Of a stretch of 36,206 bases of DNA, positions 16,145-25,626 are shown piece after piece. The notes under the pieces were generated by a model. That model saw only the letters and a program-made list of their open reading frames with translations. It did no database searches and was not told where the DNA came from. Numbering within the stretch: position 1 is the first letter of the stretch; the number at the start of each line of letters is the position of its first letter. This DNA is from a virus (lineage: Duplodnaviria > Caudoviricetes), in IMG/VR virus record IMGVR_UViG_3300020043_002528, positions 1 to 36,206 of that record; one strand, given 5' to 3'. The position numbers and the translations under genes are program-made.

Positions 16145-16821
16145 TGGCTGGCTTACTGAGCGATATTCTAGGTCTGATAGACAGGGCTAAACAGTCCACT
16201 AGGGCTAATGTTGGCTTGTTAATGGACAACCCACAAGAGTACGGTCGGCAGATTAACGAGTCGGCTAGAGACATCAACCGACAGGATACGCTAGCGGTTC
16301 AGGGTCAAAATGCCATGCTTTCAGGTATGCAGCCGAGTCCTGAGCAAATGGCTGCGATGGCGGCTATGCGTCAACGTGCTGAAAACTTAGCGATGGGCTT
16401 TGCTGGCTCTACGAAACCGTTGAATAATCCGGCAAACACTTTGGAAAGAATGTCACCGTGGTTCATAAAGTATCCTAAAGCAGATAAGGTAGTTGATGGG
16501 CTTAATGTTGGCAAAGAAGTAAAAAACATGAGTTCAATCCCGGCTTCCTTTGGGAAATATGAGGTTGAAAAAGGTATTAAGTCCGTTCCAATGAGCGAAT
16601 TCCCGGCATCAAATCCTTACCAAATGTTTAGGTCAAGTGATGATATAAAAAGGGTGCAGGAGTTGGCAGATCAAATTAAGGCAAACAAGCGAATTGATCC
16701 TTTGATTGTGGCTGTTGATAAAAAGGGGTCTTATGTCCTAGAGGGTGGGCATCGGCTTGGGGCGTTAAATCTGTTGGGCATTAAAAATTTCCCAGCAGTA
16801 ATAGTTAGGGATTTAGATTAA
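16144..16821 (+). CDS. Two-part protein: Q/M/A-rich N-terminus plus ParB/Srx-like C-terminal domain
   Basis: MAGLLS...; VQELADQIK...IDPLIV...VLEGGHRLGAL. Confidence 0.75.
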   Translation: MAGLLSDILGLIDRAKQSTRANVGLLMDNPQEYGRQINESARDINRQDTLAVQGQNAMLSGMQPSPEQMAAMAAMRQRAENLAMGFAGSTKPLNNPANTLERMSPWFIKYPKADKVVDGLNVGKEVKNMSSIPASFGKYEVEKGIKSVPMSEFPASNPYQMFRSSDDIKRVQELADQIKANKRIDPLIVAVDKKGSYVLEGGHRLGALNLLGIKNFPAVIVRDLD

Positions 16822-16823
16822 AT

Positions 16824-17054
16824 ATGGACAAATCTCTTTGGGCTGAGAATCTGCTGAAAGATGAGTGGTTCCAACAGATGATGTCGGAACTAAAGACAGC
16901 AGAACTTAACAAGTTTGCATTGAGCCAGTATGATGACATCTCGACTAGAGAACAGGCATACATGACGCTTAGGACGCTAGATATTGTCGAAACGTACCTT
17001 GAAGGGCTATCGGCACAGAAGAAGATTGATGCTAAAAAACTAAAGATTTTGTAA
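16824..17054 (+). CDS. Small head-module protein
   Basis: 76 aa (AENLLKDEWF...REQAY) immediately before the scaffold. Confidence 0.75.
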   Translation: MDKSLWAENLLKDEWFQQMMSELKTAELNKFALSQYDDISTREQAYMTLRTLDIVETYLEGLSAQKKIDAKKLKIL

Positions 17055-17094
17055 TCCGAGTCGGGCGGTTCCCGATATAATTTAGGAAATATAT

Positions 17095-18063
17095 ATGAGC
17101 GATACTGGAAGTATGACCCCGGAAGGGAATACTCAGTTAGACGTAGGTGGTGCAGCCGACGCTATCATGGGTCTTATGGGTGGGCAAGAAGGCTCCGAAC
17201 AGGAACAACCGGAAACCCAACTCGAAGCCAATGATAGCGAAGCCGAATCCGAGGAGTCTTATGACGAATCGGAGGTAGAACAAGATGAAGGCGAAGAAGA
17301 AGCCGAGGAGCCTCCTAAATACAGGGTTAAAGCCGCTGGTGAGGAAAAAGAGGTAACCCTTGATGAGCTTATCAAGTCTTATCAACTTGGCACAGACTAT
17401 ACGAAGAAATCGCAAGCCGTAGCTGAAGAACGCAAAGCCGTAGAAGCAGAGAGGCAGCGTATCGAGGAAGCTAGGTATCTGCGTGACCAATACGCAGAAC
17501 GGTTGCAGGTGATTGAGCAGATGCTTAACCAGCAGCCGGAAACTGAGAATCTGGAGTATCTGAAGGAAACCGATCCTATCGGTTACGCAGTTAAGGTTGC
17601 AGAGTTATCACAGCGGGAAAAGCAGTTAGCTCAAGTTCAGGCTGAACGACAGCGAATTGCGATGCAGCAGGATCAGGAACGTCAGGAGCAACTCGGTCAT
17701 GTGATACAGGCTGAAGCTCGTAAGCTGGCAGAGGCAATACCTGAATATGCTGATCCGCAGAAAGGTGAATTAACTCGGCGGGAACTGAGGGAGTTTGGTC
17801 TTAGGTTAGGGTTTTCAGAGCAAGAGTTATCGGGAGTTTATGACTCTCGGCAGGTTCTAACGCTATGGAAGGCGATGCAATACGACAAGTTGCAATCGTC
17901 TAAACCGGGAATAACCAAGCGTGTGAATGAGGCTCCAAAGGTTGTTAAGTCTGGAGTTTCTCAGCCGCGTGAGGGTAGCGATGAACTGAAAAAGTTAAAA
18001 GCGCGAGCAAAGCAGACCGGAAGGGTCGCTGATGCCGCAAAAGCATTTGAACGATTCTTATAG
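17095..18063 (+). CDS. Capsid scaffolding protein
   Basis: Acidic N-terminus, YRVKAAGEEKEVTLDELIKSYQ..DYTKKSQ, coiled coil; precedes the capsid gene. Confidence 0.85.
   Translation: MSDTGSMTPEGNTQLDVGGAADAIMGLMGGQEGSEQEQPETQLEANDSEAESEESYDESEVEQDEGEEEAEEPPKYRVKAAGEEKEVTLDELIKSYQLGTDYTKKSQAVAEERKAVEAERQRIEEARYLRDQYAERLQVIEQMLNQQPETENLEYLKETDPIGYAVKVAELSQREKQLAQVQAERQRIAMQQDQERQEQLGHVIQAEARKLAEAIPEYADPQKGELTRRELREFGLRLGFSEQELSGVYDSRQVLTLWKAMQYDKLQSSKPGITKRVNEAPKVVKSGVSQPREGSDELKKLKARAKQTGRVADAAKAFERFL
17110..17133 (+). promoter_or_regulatory. GNRA hairpin, copy 3, in the first codons of the scaffold gene
   Basis: AGUAU-GAC-CCC-GGAA-GGG-A-AUACU. Confidence 0.55.
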
Positions 18064-18072
18064 GAAATTATC

Positions 18073-19017
18073 ATGCCTACATTTACAGCACATAGCGCGA
18101 TTGGTCAGCGCGAAGATTTGACCGACATCATCTATGACATCTCGCCTACCGAAACTCCTTTCATGAGTTCGATTGGCAAGACTAAAGCTACAGCCGTTTA
18201 TCATGAGTGGCAGACTGATAGCCTAGCTGCTGCTACGACTGCTAACGCTGCTGTTGAAGGTGCAGACGCTACTTCAGCTACTCTGTCTCCTACCGTCCGT
18301 CTTGGTAACTACACTCAGATTATCCAAAAGACCGTTCAGGTTTCGGGTACTCTGGATACCGTCAACAAGGCAGGTCGTAAGTCGGAAAAGGCTTACCAGT
18401 TGGCTAAAGCATCGGCTGAACTGAAGCGTGATCTGGAAACTATCCTGTTGGCTAACCAAGGTCGTTCGGCTGGTACATCGACCGTTGCTCGTAAGCTCGG
18501 TTCGATCCTGTCATGGATCAAGACTAACTCGGACGTAGGTTCGGGCGGTGCTGATCCTGCAACTATCGGTGTTTCGACTCGTACTGACGGTACACAGCGT
18601 ACCTTTACCGAGACTCTGCTGAAATCGGTAGTGTCTGAGGTATTTGTATCGGGTGGTTCGCCTAAGATTCTGATGGTGGGTGCTGCTGGTAAGCAGAAGG
18701 TTAGCTCGTTTGCTGGTATCGCTGCACAGCGTTACATGGCTCCGGGTAACACTCCGACCACCATTATCGGTGCGGCTGACGTTTATATGTCTGACTTTGG
18801 CACGATGTCGGTTGTTCCTAACCGCTTCATGCGTACTCGTGATGCTCTGGTACTCGACCCAGAATACGCAGCACTAGCGTATCTGCGTCCGTTCCAGACT
18901 AACGATCTGGCTAAGACTGGTGACTCTGAGAATACTCAGTTGCTGGCTGAAGTCACTCTGGAAGTTAAGAACGAAGCAGCACATGGCATTATCGCTGACT
19001 TGGATATGTCGCTGTAA
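18073..19017 (+). CDS. Major capsid protein (DUF5309-like)
   Basis: GQREDLTDIIYDISPTETPF, HEWQTDSL, GNYTQI, LAKTGDS. Confidence 0.92.
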   Translation: MPTFTAHSAIGQREDLTDIIYDISPTETPFMSSIGKTKATAVYHEWQTDSLAAATTANAAVEGADATSATLSPTVRLGNYTQIIQKTVQVSGTLDTVNKAGRKSEKAYQLAKASAELKRDLETILLANQGRSAGTSTVARKLGSILSWIKTNSDVGSGGADPATIGVSTRTDGTQRTFTETLLKSVVSEVFVSGGSPKILMVGAAGKQKVSSFAGIAAQRYMAPGNTPTTIIGAADVYMSDFGTMSVVPNRFMRTRDALVLDPEYAALAYLRPFQTNDLAKTGDSENTQLLAEVTLEVKNEAAHGIIADLDMSL

Positions 19018-19028
19018 TTAGTAGCAAA

Positions 19029-19054
19029 TCCTCCTAGCCTTCGGGCTAGGGGGA
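19029..19054 (+). terminator. 11-bp cUUCGg hairpin after the capsid gene (terminator or mRNA stabiliser)
   Basis: TCCTCCTAGCC-TTCG-GGCTAGGGGGA; no U-tract follows. Confidence 0.55.
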
Positions 19055-19069
19055 ACTACGAAAGGATTT

Positions 19070-19372
19070 ATGAGTATTCCGATACGGACTCAAACAGCAT
19101 ATGAGGATGGTGACGGTGGTATCGTCATCGAGACTAAACAGGACGTTACCGAGATCATTGAGGCTAACAAGGCTCAATTAGATTTCGATAAAGAGCGCAA
19201 AGGGCATCTTAACGAACTGCACCATGTAGCCAGAATACCTTTTACGGTGATTGATGTATTGAACCAGAAAGGGATTATGAAAGGCTTTAACGTGGTGGAT
19301 GATGTTGGGTTTGCTAAATGGCTAAACGACCCTGATAATGCTGTTTGGAAAACGTATCGAGGAACTGTATGA
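19070..19372 (+). CDS. Conserved-type head-module protein
   Basis: QDVTEIIEANK...HVARIP...KWLNDPDN. Confidence 0.8.
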   Translation: MSIPIRTQTAYEDGDGGIVIETKQDVTEIIEANKAQLDFDKERKGHLNELHHVARIPFTVIDVLNQKGIMKGFNVVDDVGFAKWLNDPDNAVWKTYRGTV

Positions 19373-20022
19373 GAGTTGGTGTTTGCGTACCATGTAGGGA
19401 TGAGGTTCACACAGGTTTTGCTTTTGATTTTGCTCGAATGGCGGCTCATGATGCGTCAGTCCGTTGTAAAGATGGCAAAGGCGGTTTGAGCTTATACACA
19501 ATGCCGGGAACGCTGATATTTGACCAGCGTGAGAAGTTGGCAGAAGTAGCGTTTAAAGAAGGTTGCGACGCAGTATTGTTCATTGATAGCGATATGCGGT
19601 TCCCTCACGATATTATTAGCATTATGCTAAGTCGTGAAGTGCCGATAGTTGGTGTCAATGCAACGACTAGACGTAAGCCAGTAACACCGACTGCGAAGAT
19701 GTTGCGTAAGTACATGGATGGGGAGACTCTCGTTCATGAATGGTCGAACATTGATTCTCGCGGTAAAGAAGGAATTGAGGCGGTTACAGCGGTAGGGTTT
19801 GGTGCTGTGATGATCCGTCGAGAGGTATTTGAAAAGACTGGCAGACCTTGGTTTGATGCTGGATGGGGTGCTAGTGGTGTCTGTGGTGAGGATGTCTATT
19901 TCTGCGTCAAGGCTGGTTCTGAGGGCTTTCAGACGTATGTAGACCATGAGCTATCAATGCACATCCGACACATAGGAACTTATGAGTACGGATGGAAAGA
20001 CTTTGAGCAGTTAGAGGAATAA
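19369..20022 (+). CDS. GT-A fold glycosyltransferase within the structural module
   Basis: VGVCVP, LFIDSDMRFP (DxD), VGFGAVMI, GEDVYFC, HIG. Confidence 0.8.
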   Translation: MRVGVCVPCRDEVHTGFAFDFARMAAHDASVRCKDGKGGLSLYTMPGTLIFDQREKLAEVAFKEGCDAVLFIDSDMRFPHDIISIMLSREVPIVGVNATTRRKPVTPTAKMLRKYMDGETLVHEWSNIDSRGKEGIEAVTAVGFGAVMIRREVFEKTGRPWFDAGWGASGVCGEDVYFCVKAGSEGFQTYVDHELSMHIRHIGTYEYGWKDFEQLEE

Positions 20023-20023
20023 C

Positions 20024-20644
20024 ATGGCATTTACCAGCTACAGCGACTTAAAGACTACGATAGCGAACTATCTAGCTCGTAGTGACCTGTCATCAGTTAT
20101 TCCAGACTTTATTAGGCTTTCGGAAGAACGACTCCGCAGAGAGTTGAGAATTCGTCAAATGTTAGTTGTTGCAACGACAACTACGACAGGAGGCAACTCT
20201 AAGATCGGGTTGCCTTCTGACTTTTTAGAGATGCGTGACATTCACCTGAATACGAATCCGGTGTTTACGTTGCGTTACAAGGCTCCTAATTCCTTTTACG
20301 AAACTGCTCGCGTTACTGAGTCTGGCAGACCAGTTGATTACACAATCCTTGGTTCAGACATTCAGTTAGCTCCTGTTCCTGATACGGCATACGAGGTTCA
20401 AATGCTGTATTACGCAAAGCCTCCGCTGTTGAGTGACAGCAATGCCAGTAACGTATTCCTAGCGAATTGTCCTGATGCTTTGCTATATGGTGCATTAGCT
20501 GAAGCAGAGCCGTATCTGATGAACGATAACCGTATTCAGGTATGGGCAAGCCTCTATGACCGTTCGGTTAGCGGTATTTCTACGTCTGACCAAGCAGGAG
20601 AGTACAGCGGTCAACCTATGTCAATGTCTTATAACGTGAGGTAA
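20024..20644 (+). CDS. Head-tail adaptor protein
   Basis: YSDLKTTIANYLARSDL...PDALLYGAL; gene position. Confidence 0.75.
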   Translation: MAFTSYSDLKTTIANYLARSDLSSVIPDFIRLSEERLRRELRIRQMLVVATTTTTGGNSKIGLPSDFLEMRDIHLNTNPVFTLRYKAPNSFYETARVTESGRPVDYTILGSDIQLAPVPDTAYEVQMLYYAKPPLLSDSNASNVFLANCPDALLYGALAEAEPYLMNDNRIQVWASLYDRSVSGISTSDQAGEYSGQPMSMSYNVR

Positions 20645-20647
20645 ATC

Positions 20648-21034
20648 ATGGCAGAGATGTCAAACTACCTAGAGAACGCTCTGATTAATGCGACTCTACG
20701 GAATACAACTTATACAAGCCCATCAACAGTTTATGTTGGGTTGTTTACTACCGATCCTACTGACGCTGGTACAGGCACAGAGGTATCTGGTGGATCTTAC
20801 GCGAGAGTTGCTGTGACGTTTGGTGCGCCTAGCAATGGTGTATCAACGAACAGCGCAGCGGTAGAGTTTGCTCAGGCTACGGCTTCATGGGGAACTGTGA
20901 CGCATATTGGTATTCTTGATGCGCTAACGACTGGTAATTTGCTGTATCACACTCCATTAGATGTGAGTAAAGCCATTGATAACGGAGATATATTTAAGAT
21001 TGCTATTGGTTCATTGTCCGTAACATTGGCTTAA
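20648..21034 (+). CDS. Virion structural protein (tail-associated)
   Basis: MSNYLENAL...VYVGLFT.DP...EVSGGSYAR. Confidence 0.7.
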   Translation: MAEMSNYLENALINATLRNTTYTSPSTVYVGLFTTDPTDAGTGTEVSGGSYARVAVTFGAPSNGVSTNSAAVEFAQATASWGTVTHIGILDALTTGNLLYHTPLDVSKAIDNGDIFKIAIGSLSVTLA

Positions 21035-21037
21035 ACC

Positions 21038-21931
21038 ATGCCAGCATCAGTCTGTGGACCTTTTACGCTGGAGCAACTAGACCTATTTAATAAGTCTATA
21101 GATGCTCTAGCGTTTTCTTTGGATAGTACCGTTTGGACTGATCCGAATGTATGCGTTTTATATGGCGATGCTGTTGTAAGTGGGTTAGCGACAGTCGCTT
21201 GTTTTGGGTCAAGGATTAAGCGGTTTTCTGCATCAATCAATGGTACTGCAACGGTTACAGCTTCTGGCTATCGTATCAAATTTGCTGCTGGTGCTGTTTC
21301 CGCTACAGGAACTGTTACCTGTACTCCACAGCGAGTAAGAAGTTTTGCTGCGAGTGTTAATGCTACTGCAACTGTAACCGCGATTGGTGGCAAAGTTGCT
21401 TCTGGTGCAGCATCTATTGTTGGCATTGCTACTGTTTCATGCGCTGCTAGTAAGTTTGTTGGCAGTAGTGCAAGTGTTTTCTGTTCTGCTAATGTTGTTT
21501 GTTCTCCGTCTAGGGTTCTTTCTGGAGGTGGGCAAATTACCGGATCGGCTACGGTTAGTGCTGCGTCGGTAAGAATTCGTCAAAGCGAAGCAAGTATTAA
21601 CGGTATAGCTACGGTTACTGCATTAGGTGGTGTCTCTTATTCTGGTAGTGCCTCTATTATTTGTGATGCAACGGTAACTGCTGCTGGTTCTGCTGTTTAT
21701 AGCCAGATTACGTCTATAACCGCGTTAGCTTCCGTATCTGCCAACGGTGCGATTATTGGGGCTGAATGGACTGATAGTGCTGTTGAGAGCGCAAATTGGC
21801 AAACAGTTAGCGACCAGAGCGATTCTTGGACTAAGGTTACCGAAACTGCACCAGATTGGACAAATCAAAGTGAAATTGTGCCTGTTTGGACTAATCAAAC
21901 AGCAGGATCAGATGGTTGGTTGAGGCAATAA
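21038..21931 (+). CDS. Ala/Ser/Thr-rich repetitive tail/fibre protein
   Basis: ~19-aa repeats (ASINGTATVTA-like); C-terminal W-T/Q repeats. Confidence 0.7.
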   Translation: MPASVCGPFTLEQLDLFNKSIDALAFSLDSTVWTDPNVCVLYGDAVVSGLATVACFGSRIKRFSASINGTATVTASGYRIKFAAGAVSATGTVTCTPQRVRSFAASVNATATVTAIGGKVASGAASIVGIATVSCAASKFVGSSASVFCSANVVCSPSRVLSGGGQITGSATVSAASVRIRQSEASINGIATVTALGGVSYSGSASIICDATVTAAGSAVYSQITSITALASVSANGAIIGAEWTDSAVESANWQTVSDQSDSWTKVTETAPDWTNQSEIVPVWTNQTAGSDGWLRQ

Positions 21932-23353
21932 ATGGAAAAGACAAAGATAACTTTTGGCGAGTGGTTGCCAGATCAGCCGGGAGTTGTAGGCACATTAACC
22001 CAAGCTGAGAACTGTATTCCTGTTGCTAATGGGTATGAGCCTTTACATAATGAGGCTAATCTTAGTTCTGCTGCTGCTGATACTCTTTTAACGACGTTTG
22101 CTGGCAAATTTGCTGGCGTTTCTACGTTATTTGCAGCTAGTTCTCAGAAAATCTATAAGTACAACGGTACTACCATTGCATTAGACCCGATTAACACGAC
22201 TGGTTATACGGCAACTGAATCATGGGATGTCACTCAGTTCGGTTCTAGGGTGATTCTTGCTAATGGTAAGGAAAAACTACAGTCTTTCACGTTAAATATC
22301 AGTACGGCATTTGCTGACTTATCGGCAGACTCTCCTACGGCTAAGTATGTGACGGTTGTCCGAGACTTTATCATTGCTGGTAATGCGGCTAATTACGAGA
22401 ACAAGCTGTATTGGTGCGATCTTAACGACCCGACAGACTGGACTCCAGCAGCGACATCACAGGCTGATACGCAGGTTATCCCTGACGGTGGGGATATTAT
22501 GGGTATTACAGGTGGTGAATTCGGCGTTGTGTTGCTAGAGAGCGCAATTTACCGGATGAGCTACGTTGGGAGTCCGTTATTCTTCCAATTTGACGCTATT
22601 TCACGTTCTCAAGGCTGTTTATCCGCTGGTAGCGTGACGCAGTACAAGAATATGACGTATTTCTTGGCTCAAGATGGGTTTTATGTCTGCGATGGTCAGT
22701 CTGTGCAGTCAATTAGTAGTCAAAAGATTAACAAATGGTTCTTTGATAATGCTGCTGTCAATGATATTGACCAGATGTCATCAACGGTTGATCCGATCCG
22801 CGAGTTAATTATCTGGTGCTTCCCATCACAGGCTGGTGGGAATATGTTGCTGTTTTATAGCGTACCGTTACAGCGTTGGTCTTATGCGTTTACGACTGCA
22901 AAAGCTATTGCTGTGACCATTACACCATCGGTAACCCTAGAATCGTTGGATAACTTCAGTATTTCTATTGATGCTTTGACAATTTCACTTGATGATCGTC
23001 AATGGGCTGGCGGTAACTCGATTTTCTCTGGCGTATCAGGTGGTCGAATTATTACTTTCTCCGGCACAAACAAGACTGCATCGATTATCACAGGTGAAAT
23101 AGACATTGGCAGATCAGTTATTACGTTGGCAAGACCGATAGTTGATATGGGTAGCGGTAGTGTTGCTGTTGCTGCTAGAAATCTATTGTCTGATGCTATT
23201 ACGTTTACTGATCCAATAGCCGCTGATTCTGAGGGTCGTTGTTCTATCCGTCGTGCTGGTAGGTATATCAGGGTTGAGACTATTCCGACTGGTGCTGACT
23301 GGAAAACGGCTGTTGGCGTTGAGGTCGATGTTGTTCGTCAGGGTGCAAGATGA
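21932..23353 (+). CDS. Tail nozzle/tubular protein (podovirus)
   Basis: FGEWLPDQP N-terminus, beta-rich, 473 aa; gene position. Confidence 0.7.
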   Translation: MEKTKITFGEWLPDQPGVVGTLTQAENCIPVANGYEPLHNEANLSSAAADTLLTTFAGKFAGVSTLFAASSQKIYKYNGTTIALDPINTTGYTATESWDVTQFGSRVILANGKEKLQSFTLNISTAFADLSADSPTAKYVTVVRDFIIAGNAANYENKLYWCDLNDPTDWTPAATSQADTQVIPDGGDIMGITGGEFGVVLLESAIYRMSYVGSPLFFQFDAISRSQGCLSAGSVTQYKNMTYFLAQDGFYVCDGQSVQSISSQKINKWFFDNAAVNDIDQMSSTVDPIRELIIWCFPSQAGGNMLLFYSVPLQRWSYAFTTAKAIAVTITPSVTLESLDNFSISIDALTISLDDRQWAGGNSIFSGVSGGRIITFSGTNKTASIITGEIDIGRSVITLARPIVDMGSGSVAVAARNLLSDAITFTDPIAADSEGRCSIRRAGRYIRVETIPTGADWKTAVGVEVDVVRQGAR

Positions 23354-24132
23354 CACAGTTTCGTTCCCTTCCTCCGTTTGGTGGTGACGAACGTGCTGTT
23401 GCCGAGGTTGTACGCGGCATTATGGATGGAAAGACCAATAACACAGGAACGCTTACCTTAGCGACTGGCAATGCCACTACAACAACCCTGTACGACGAGC
23501 GTATAGGCTATGACAGCCTAATTTTCTTTGTTCCGGTATCTGACGCTGCTGAGACTGATTCAGCTCCTTATGGAGCGTTTCAAAGCGTTGTAGATCAAAC
23601 TATTACGGCTAACACAGCCACAGCAATGACACTTGATACAACTGATTATTCTAATGGTGTGTACATTAGCAATAGTTCAAGAATCAATGTGAGGGATTAT
23701 GGTATTTATAATTTGCAATGGTCTGGTCAATTTCAGAATACAGATACTCAATTGCATGATGTTAGCGTTTGGTTAAGAAAGAATGGGTCAGATGTTGGTG
23801 GTTCGACGGGATTTATTTCTGTTCCTAATAGTCATGGCGGTGTTGATGGTCACGCTATTGTCGGTTGGAATTATTTTATTGAGTTACAAAAAAATGATTA
23901 TGTCGAGCTTTACTGGTCAGCAACTAACGCAGCAATTAGTTTACAGTTCTATCCGACACAAACTAGTCCAACCAGACCAAGTACGGCTTCACTTATAGCA
24001 ACAATGAATTATGTTGCTCCTGCTGCAACATCTAATTTATATGTTTCTGATAGGCAACAAGGCTCTGCTACAGTTACACATTGGGCAAATAATACGGCAA
24101 ACAAAACTTACGGATACATCATAGTCGGATGA
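23350..24132 (+). CDS. Tail protein with C1q/TNF-like beta-sandwich
   Basis: YGAF...SRINVRDYGIYNLQWSGQF...WLRKNG...DYVEL. Confidence 0.6.
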   Translation: MTQFRSLPPFGGDERAVAEVVRGIMDGKTNNTGTLTLATGNATTTTLYDERIGYDSLIFFVPVSDAAETDSAPYGAFQSVVDQTITANTATAMTLDTTDYSNGVYISNSSRINVRDYGIYNLQWSGQFQNTDTQLHDVSVWLRKNGSDVGGSTGFISVPNSHGGVDGHAIVGWNYFIELQKNDYVELYWSATNAAISLQFYPTQTSPTRPSTASLIATMNYVAPAATSNLYVSDRQQGSATVTHWANNTANKTYGYIIVG

Positions 24133-24530
24133 CGGAATTTAACTTTATACCGCAACAGGAGCTTAGGAATTGGTGGGCAACGATAAAGCCGGGGTTAGAT
24201 GAGATTAAGCTAAAAAGTCCTGAACCTTGGATAGTTGAGGATGTTTACGTCGATCTGTTTAACCAGAAATCGATGCTGTGGATAGCGTTAGAAAACAAGC
24301 ATTTTGCGGGGTTCTTTGTATTGCAGCCGCTAGGTCATGAATTGCATATTTGGGCTGCTTGGACGCTAGAAAATGATTATCAAGTGGTTGAAAAGGGTTT
24401 ACAATTCATTAAGAATATGGCACAGAATTCTGATGTCAAATACTTAACCTTTTCCAGCCACCGACAGGGTTGGCAACGTAGGGCGAGTCATTACGGATTC
24501 CGTCCTAGAAAATGGATTTGCGAGGTGTGA
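24129..24530 (+). CDS. GNAT-like protein preceding the ejection proteins
   Basis: LWI...GFFVL...LHIWAAW...FSSHRQGW; gene position. Confidence 0.5.
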   Translation: MTEFNFIPQQELRNWWATIKPGLDEIKLKSPEPWIVEDVYVDLFNQKSMLWIALENKHFAGFFVLQPLGHELHIWAAWTLENDYQVVEKGLQFIKNMAQNSDVKYLTFSSHRQGWQRRASHYGFRPRKWICEV

Positions 24531-24531
24531 T

Positions 24532-25626
24532 ATGGGTGGCGGTGGACAGTCAAGCGAAACAAAAATAAGTGAAGAATTTAAGCCTTATATTACTTTTGCG
24601 CTAGACGAGGCAAAAAAGCGGTATATGGCAATGCCGGAAGTTCCTGAGACTCTGGCAGTTGGTCCATCTGCTACTACTCAGCAAGCTATGTCTATGGCTG
24701 AACAGAGGGCTTTAGCTGGTTCTCCGTTGACTCGTCAGGCTCAATCTACCGTCATGAACATGATGGGGAATTACAGTCCTTACGAGGCTGGTTATCAGCA
24801 GATATATGGGCAAAGAAGCCCGTATGAAGCTGGCTATCAACAAATGTTTGGTCAGGCTTATACCGACCCATCTAAGACGTTTTACGAGCAGCTAAGAGCA
24901 GGTGCGATGCAGAATGAAGCACTAGGCGGTATGCGTCAAACTGCTGGAGGTGCTTATCTAGGTGCTAATCCTTATCTTGAGGGTGCATTAGCCCAATCTA
25001 ACCGTTTAACGACAGAGGCTTTACAAGAGGGATTGAGAGGTCTTGAGAGCAGAACTGCACAGGCTGGTCGTTATGGTTCTGCTGCTGAGGCTCAATTAGC
25101 TGGCAAGGCTACTGATGCTGCTGCTAGGGCTATGCAAGAGGCTAATCAGCAAGCCTATCTCCAGAACTACATGGCTGAACGTGGTTTGCAAGAAGCTGCA
25201 CAGGCTCGACTTGGTGGATTCTCTCAGCAAGACATCATGAACCGTATGGCTGGAGCGCAACAATTAACATCTTCAGGGCAGCAGGAATTTGCTAACCGTA
25301 TGGCTGCGTTACAAGGTGGTCAAGGAGTTTATCAGCAGAATATCGCTAATCAAATGGCTGCATTGCAAGGGGCGCAAAATATTTATCAGCAGAATCTAGC
25401 TAATCAATTTGGTGCTGCTCAGTATGCACCTACATTAGCGGAACAAGATTATGCAGATATTCAGAAATTGCTGAAAGTTGGTCAAGGTCGTGAGGCTTAC
25501 GATCTACAAGGAATTCAGGGTCGTTTGGCTGCACAAGAGTTGCCATTACAAAGGTTGCAACAGGCTGCTAATGTCTTTTATGGTGCGCCATTGGAAACGA
25601 CTACGACTTCTGGTGGGGGTAAATAA
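24532..25626 (+). CDS. Putative ejection/DNA-transfer protein
   Basis: MGGGG start, Q/A-rich, NPYL, GRYGS, ends SGGGK. Confidence 0.65.
   Translation: MGGGGQSSETKISEEFKPYITFALDEAKKRYMAMPEVPETLAVGPSATTQQAMSMAEQRALAGSPLTRQAQSTVMNMMGNYSPYEAGYQQIYGQRSPYEAGYQQMFGQAYTDPSKTFYEQLRAGAMQNEALGGMRQTAGGAYLGANPYLEGALAQSNRLTTEALQEGLRGLESRTAQAGRYGSAAEAQLAGKATDAAARAMQEANQQAYLQNYMAERGLQEAAQARLGGFSQQDIMNRMAGAQQLTSSGQQEFANRMAALQGGQGVYQQNIANQMAALQGAQNIYQQNLANQFGAAQYAPTLAEQDYADIQKLLKVGQGREAYDLQGIQGRLAAQELPLQRLQQAANVFYGAPLETTTTSGGGK

Noticed and set aside
19054-19066. Further copy of the GNRA hairpin motif (AAC-UAC-GAAA-GGA)
   Set aside because: The inner stem has an A-G mismatch and there is no outer stem; too degenerate to count.
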